A stretch of 64,000 nt of DNA, from contig JASGHJ010000001.1 of NCBI GenBank assembly GCA_047602405.1, forward strand, positions 928,001 to 992,000. Direction: 5' to 3'. Positions 60,710 to 64,000 of this stretch are shown piece after piece (position 1 is the first letter of the stretch; each line of letters opens with the position of its first letter). This DNA comes from Anaeromyxobacteraceae bacterium. GTDB taxonomy: Bacteria; Myxococcota; Myxococcia; Myxococcales; Anaeromyxobacteraceae. The translations under genes and the position numbers were made by a program. The notes beneath the pieces were generated by a model, which made no database searches, was not told the origin of the DNA, and saw only the letters and a list, made by a program, of their open reading frames with translations.

Positions 60710-62926
60710 TTAGATCCGCACGCCCACCGCGAAGCCCGGGAAGAGCCGGACGTCGCGCTTCGCGCCCTCGTGCAGGCTCACCGACCCGAGGAACTTCACG
60801 TCCTCGTGCTGGCCGGCGTCGACGGTGAAGACGTTCACCGCCGGCGCCGCGAAGACGGCGAACCGCGGCGCGAGCTGCCAGGCGAAGCTCGCGCGCAGGG
60901 TCGACAGCTCACGCGTCCCGGTGTCGGTCGCGGGCCCGTACTGCACGCTGCCGGACAGGGCGTCGACGTCGAGCGACAGCCGGGGCAGGAGCTCGGTGTG
61001 CACGCCGACGCCGAAGCTCGGCAACCACCGTACCTCGCCCGCGTGCTTCCCCGCGTCGAGGCCGATCGCGAGGATGGTGTGGAACCAGCGGTTCCCGAGC
61101 TTCAGGGCGACGTTGCCGCCCGGGTTCGTCTCGGTCGCGTAGACCTCGAGGACCTGCCGGCCTTCCTTCACGATGTTGATGACGCCGATGGGGAGGTCGA
61201 CGTCGTCGGAGAAGTTGATGACGCCGATCTGCGCGCCGCTCACCTTCCCGCCCACGTTCACGACGCCCACCTGGAGGCCCGAGACGCCGCCGGTCACGAC
61301 GTTCACCGGGGAGACCTGGAGCCCCCGCAGCGCGCCCGCGTAGGCGACCGCGCCCGACACCTGCACGCCCTCGAGCCGCCCGGCCACGCTCGCGACGGCG
61401 CCCGCCACCTGGATCGCCTGGGCGTCGCCGCCGGCGATCCCGGCGACCGCGCCCGCGACCTGGATGGCCTCGCTCGTCCCGCTCGCCCAGGCGACCGCGC
61501 CCGAGACCTGCACGCCCTCGAGCGGGCCCGCGCCGGTGAACGCGCCGGCGACCTGGATCGCCTTCGTCGGCCCGCCCATCCAGACCGCCGCGCCGCCCAC
61601 CTGCACGCCGCCGCCCGCCGAGGCCGAGTGGCCGATCCCGCCGACCGCGATGCCGTCGAGGACGTCGGAGTGGCTCCAGAGGAGGCCGAGTGCGAGCTTG
61701 TTGCGCGCCGGACGCCCGGCGGCGTCGTTGACCGAGAGCGGCGGCACGAGCGCGACGTCGAAGAGCACGTCCCGCGACGGCGGGCGGCCCGTCGTGTCGA
61801 CGACCGAGACCGTCGGCGCGATGGAGGCCGCGGGCTCGCCGCCGGCCGCGGCGACGTCGCCCCGCACCGCGTTCACCTCGGCCACCGCCGCGGCGAGCTT
61901 CTCCTGCACGACCACCACCCGCCCGTTGCCCGGCACCGCGAACGTGCCCGCGTCCACGCGGTCGCCGCGGGCGATGCGCACCTGGTAGTCGCCCGGCGGG
62001 AGCGCGAGCTCCACCGGGGTACCCTTCACCTTGCGGAGCTCCGCCATCAGGACGCCGCCCGCGTCGCGGACGAACACCCGCCCCTCGAGCACCTCCGGGA
62101 GCACGAGCGCCGCGCCCGCGAGGCGCAGGTCGGTGAGCACGACGTCGCCGGAGCCGACGAGCCCGATGTCGTAGGTCGCGTGCTGGGGGCCGGCCCGGGT
62201 GCCCTCGGTCTGCGCGAGGGTCTCGTGGAACGCGAACTGGTAGGCCTCGTTGAGGGTGACCCGCCCGTCGCCGTTCGCGTCGGCGGCGCCGCGCATGCCG
62301 GTGAGGAGCGCGTGCGTGAAGAACGAGGCCTTGATCTTGTCGGACTCCTGCGAGGCCTCGTCGGCGGCGCTGGAGGTCAGGAACGCGTGGCCGCGCAGCC
62401 GCTGCGAGGCGTCGAGCAGGAACGGCGGCCGGTGCACGCCGCCCTTCTCTCGGGTGAACGCCCCGGAAGCGCAGGAGTCGAGGATCGCGACGCGGACCTC
62501 GGCGGGCGTCCGGTCGAGCTCGCCGCGGAGGTCCTTGTAGGGCAGCCGCTCGTTGCCGAGGAGCAGCCCCTCCGCGTCGGAGTGGCCCGAGTAGTAGAGG
62601 AAGAGCTCGCTCCGCCCGCCGCGGGCCTTCACCTCGGCGGCGGTCCGCGACACCGTCGCGATCGCGGCGCGCAGCGCGGCGGGGCTCGGGTCCTCGAGGA
62701 GCGCCACGTCGGCCGGCGCCACGCCGCCGAGGGCGCGCAGCACCTGCGAGACCTCGCGCGCGTCGGTCGTCGAGTAGCGGAGCGCGGTGCGGCCGGGGCC
62801 GCCCTCGCGGGCGCCGGCGACGATGGCGAAGCGGCGCGTCGGCTCCGCGGCCCGGGCGGCGGTGGGGGCGGCGAGGGCGGCGGCCGCGGTGAGGAGGCAC
62901 AGCGCCAGGACGGCCGGGGTCTTCAT
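60710..62926 (-). CDS. Exported caspase-family (peptidase C14-like) protein with Gly-rich repeats and a beta-rich C-terminal domain
   Basis: Signal peptide ending ARA; YYSGH and ILDSC dyad; DANGDGRVTLNE; GxQVxG repeats; ends GFAVGVRI. Confidence 0.85.
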   Translation of the reverse strand: MKTPAVLALCLLTAAAALAAPTAARAAEPTRRFAIVAGAREGGPGRTALRYSTTDAREVSQVLRALGGVAPADVALLEDPSPAALRAAIATVSRTAAEVKARGGRSELFLYYSGHSDAEGLLLGNERLPYKDLRGELDRTPAEVRVAILDSCASGAFTREKGGVHRPPFLLDASQRLRGHAFLTSSAADEASQESDKIKASFFTHALLTGMRGAADANGDGRVTLNEAYQFAFHETLAQTEGTRAGPQHATYDIGLVGSGDVVLTDLRLAGAALVLPEVLEGRVFVRDAGGVLMAELRKVKGTPVELALPPGDYQVRIARGDRVDAGTFAVPGNGRVVVVQEKLAAAVAEVNAVRGDVAAAGGEPAASIAPTVSVVDTTGRPPSRDVLFDVALVPPLSVNDAAGRPARNKLALGLLWSHSDVLDGIAVGGIGHSASAGGGVQVGGAAVWMGGPTKAIQVAGAFTGAGPLEGVQVSGAVAWASGTSEAIQVAGAVAGIAGGDAQAIQVAGAVASVAGRLEGVQVSGAVAYAGALRGLQVSPVNVVTGGVSGLQVGVVNVGGKVSGAQIGVINFSDDVDLPIGVINIVKEGRQVLEVYATETNPGGNVALKLGNRWFHTILAIGLDAGKHAGEVRWLPSFGVGVHTELLPRLSLDVDALSGSVQYGPATDTGTRELSTLRASFAWQLAPRFAVFAAPAVNVFTVDAGQHEDVKFLGSVSLHEGAKRDVRLFPGFAVGVRI
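61205..61660 (-). repeat. About ten 14-17-aa [GA]xQ[VI]xG repeats (predicted beta-helix)
   Basis: GVQVGG, AIQVAG x3, GVQVSG x2, GLQVSP, GLQVGV, GAQIGV; DNA repeats ACCTGGAT / ACCTGCAC. Confidence 0.85.
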
Positions 62927-63699
62927 GGGGTCACCTTGGGGAGGAGCGCGCTCGACTGCGCGAGCCCCTTCGGAAGCGGGAGGAGGGCCTGCCCGGCGTC
63001 GCCGCGCGCCGCGACGTCGCGGGCCGCGCCGAGCACGGGGGCGAGGCCGAACGGCTCCTTGCCGGTCACGAGCACGAAGCGCTCGAAGCCGGGGGCGTCG
63101 TCGAGGCGGAAGGACTCGGGCAGGAGCACCTCGCGCCCCGCGTCGAGCGGCGCGGCGGTCTCGCCGTCGAGCGGCCAGTGGCGGGTCACGTTGCCGGCGC
63201 CGTCGATCGACACGATGGCGCCGTAGGCCGCGCCGGCGGAGACGTAGCCGACCTGGATGAGGTCGCCGCCGCGGGCGCGCGCACCGGGGCCGAGCACCTC
63301 GGCGCCGTCGGCGGTGCGGCGGTGGAGCACCAGCGTCGCGGAGAGGCCCTTCGTCCGCTCGGCGTCGACGCCCACGTCGCCGCCCGGGTGCGGCGCGCGC
63401 AGCGCGAGCGGGACCGCCACGAGCACCGCGGCGGCGGCCGCGAGCCACGGCGCGAACGCGAGGAGCGGCCGGCGCGGCGCGGGGCGGAGGTCGGAGCGGC
63501 GGTGGACCTCGGCGGCGACGACGCGGGCGGGGTGGCGGAGCAGGAGCTCGGCGTCGGAGGCGCGCAGGGCGCGGATCCGCTCCTCGCCGCCAGGCTCGGC
63601 GGCGAGCCGGGCGCGCAGCGCCGCGGCCTCGGTGGGCGGGAGGTCGTCCGCGGCGAGGCGCTCGAGCAGGTAGTCGGGGATCCGGTTCTCAGGCTGCAT
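62923..63699 (-). CDS. Putative single-TM anti-sigma factor with periplasmic DUF4384-like domain
   Basis: PDYLLERLAA start, TM WLAAAAAVLVAV, ERTKG, SIDGAGNVTRHWP, SFRLDDAPGFERF; overlaps both neighbours. Confidence 0.75.
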   Translation of the reverse strand: MQPENRIPDYLLERLAADDLPPTEAAALRARLAAEPGGEERIRALRASDAELLLRHPARVVAAEVHRRSDLRPAPRRPLLAFAPWLAAAAAVLVAVPLALRAPHPGGDVGVDAERTKGLSATLVLHRRTADGAEVLGPGARARGGDLIQVGYVSAGAAYGAIVSIDGAGNVTRHWPLDGETAAPLDAGREVLLPESFRLDDAPGFERFVLVTGKEPFGLAPVLGAARDVAARGDAGQALLPLPKGLAQSSALLPKVTP

Positions 63700-64000
63700 C
63701 GGCGGCCTCCAGCTTCTCCATGCGCTCCTTCAGCGTGCGGAGGCGCTTCCTCACCCCGCTGACCGACAGCCCGACCTCGGCCGCGACCTCCTCGTGCGTG
63801 AGGCCGTCCACGAGGTGCAGCACCGCGATGACCGGCGTGGAGGCGAGCTCGTCGCGGAACGCGCGCCCGAGCTGGAAGCGTGCGAGCCACGCGGCCTCGG
63901 GCGACTCGGCGCGGGCGATCGCGAGGACCTGCGCGTCGACGGGGTCGGTGGCGCGGCGCTTCTGGTTGCGCAGCCGGTTCAGGCAGAGGTGGGTGGCGAT
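63689..64000 (-). CDS. ECF sigma factor, C-terminal part (runs off the window)
   Basis: Own translation: IATHLCLNRLRNQKRR...LHLVDGLTHEEVAAEVGLSVSGVRKRL (regions 2 and 4); not in the ORF track. Confidence 0.85.
   Translation of the reverse strand: MATHLCLNRLRNQKRRATDPVDAQVLAIARAESPEAAWLARFQLGRAFRDELASTPVIAVLHLVDGLTHEEVAAEVGLSVSGVRKRLRTLKERMEKLEAADAA

Overview
Very GC-rich window whose gene content points to an Anaeromyxobacter-like myxobacterium (inference). About 50 CDS: envelope-sugar genes (frameshifted GT2-methyltransferase fusion, epimerase, ugd), an aeRF1-like protein, WS/DGAT, a frameshifted LysR facing a GNAT, a TPP-enzyme/enolase/GH15/FAD-FeS cluster, hppA plus a Lon-N protein, an aglRQS-like motor, a poly-HAMP MCP, larBC, a RelE/ParE toxin-antitoxin pair, a dif-like chemosensory cluster, thiL, a PocR kinase coupled to an MglA/SofG-like GTPase, a DinG/YoaA helicase, a di-heme peroxidase, pyc, a MocR/molybdoenzyme/ATP-grasp unit and an ECF sigma / anti-sigma / exported caspase-like triad. 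No rRNA, tRNA, CRISPR array or transposase was recognised. Highlights: (1) a ~50-bp palindromic repeat family with covarying stems, six copies, three of them in-frame inside larC, cheA/difE and dinG and one supplying the MCP stop codon; (2) two genes that seem to start at CTG 9 nt after an in-frame TAG; (3) a putative trans-envelope signalling system built on a secreted caspase with beta-helix repeats. All calls come from motif reading; no database search was run.
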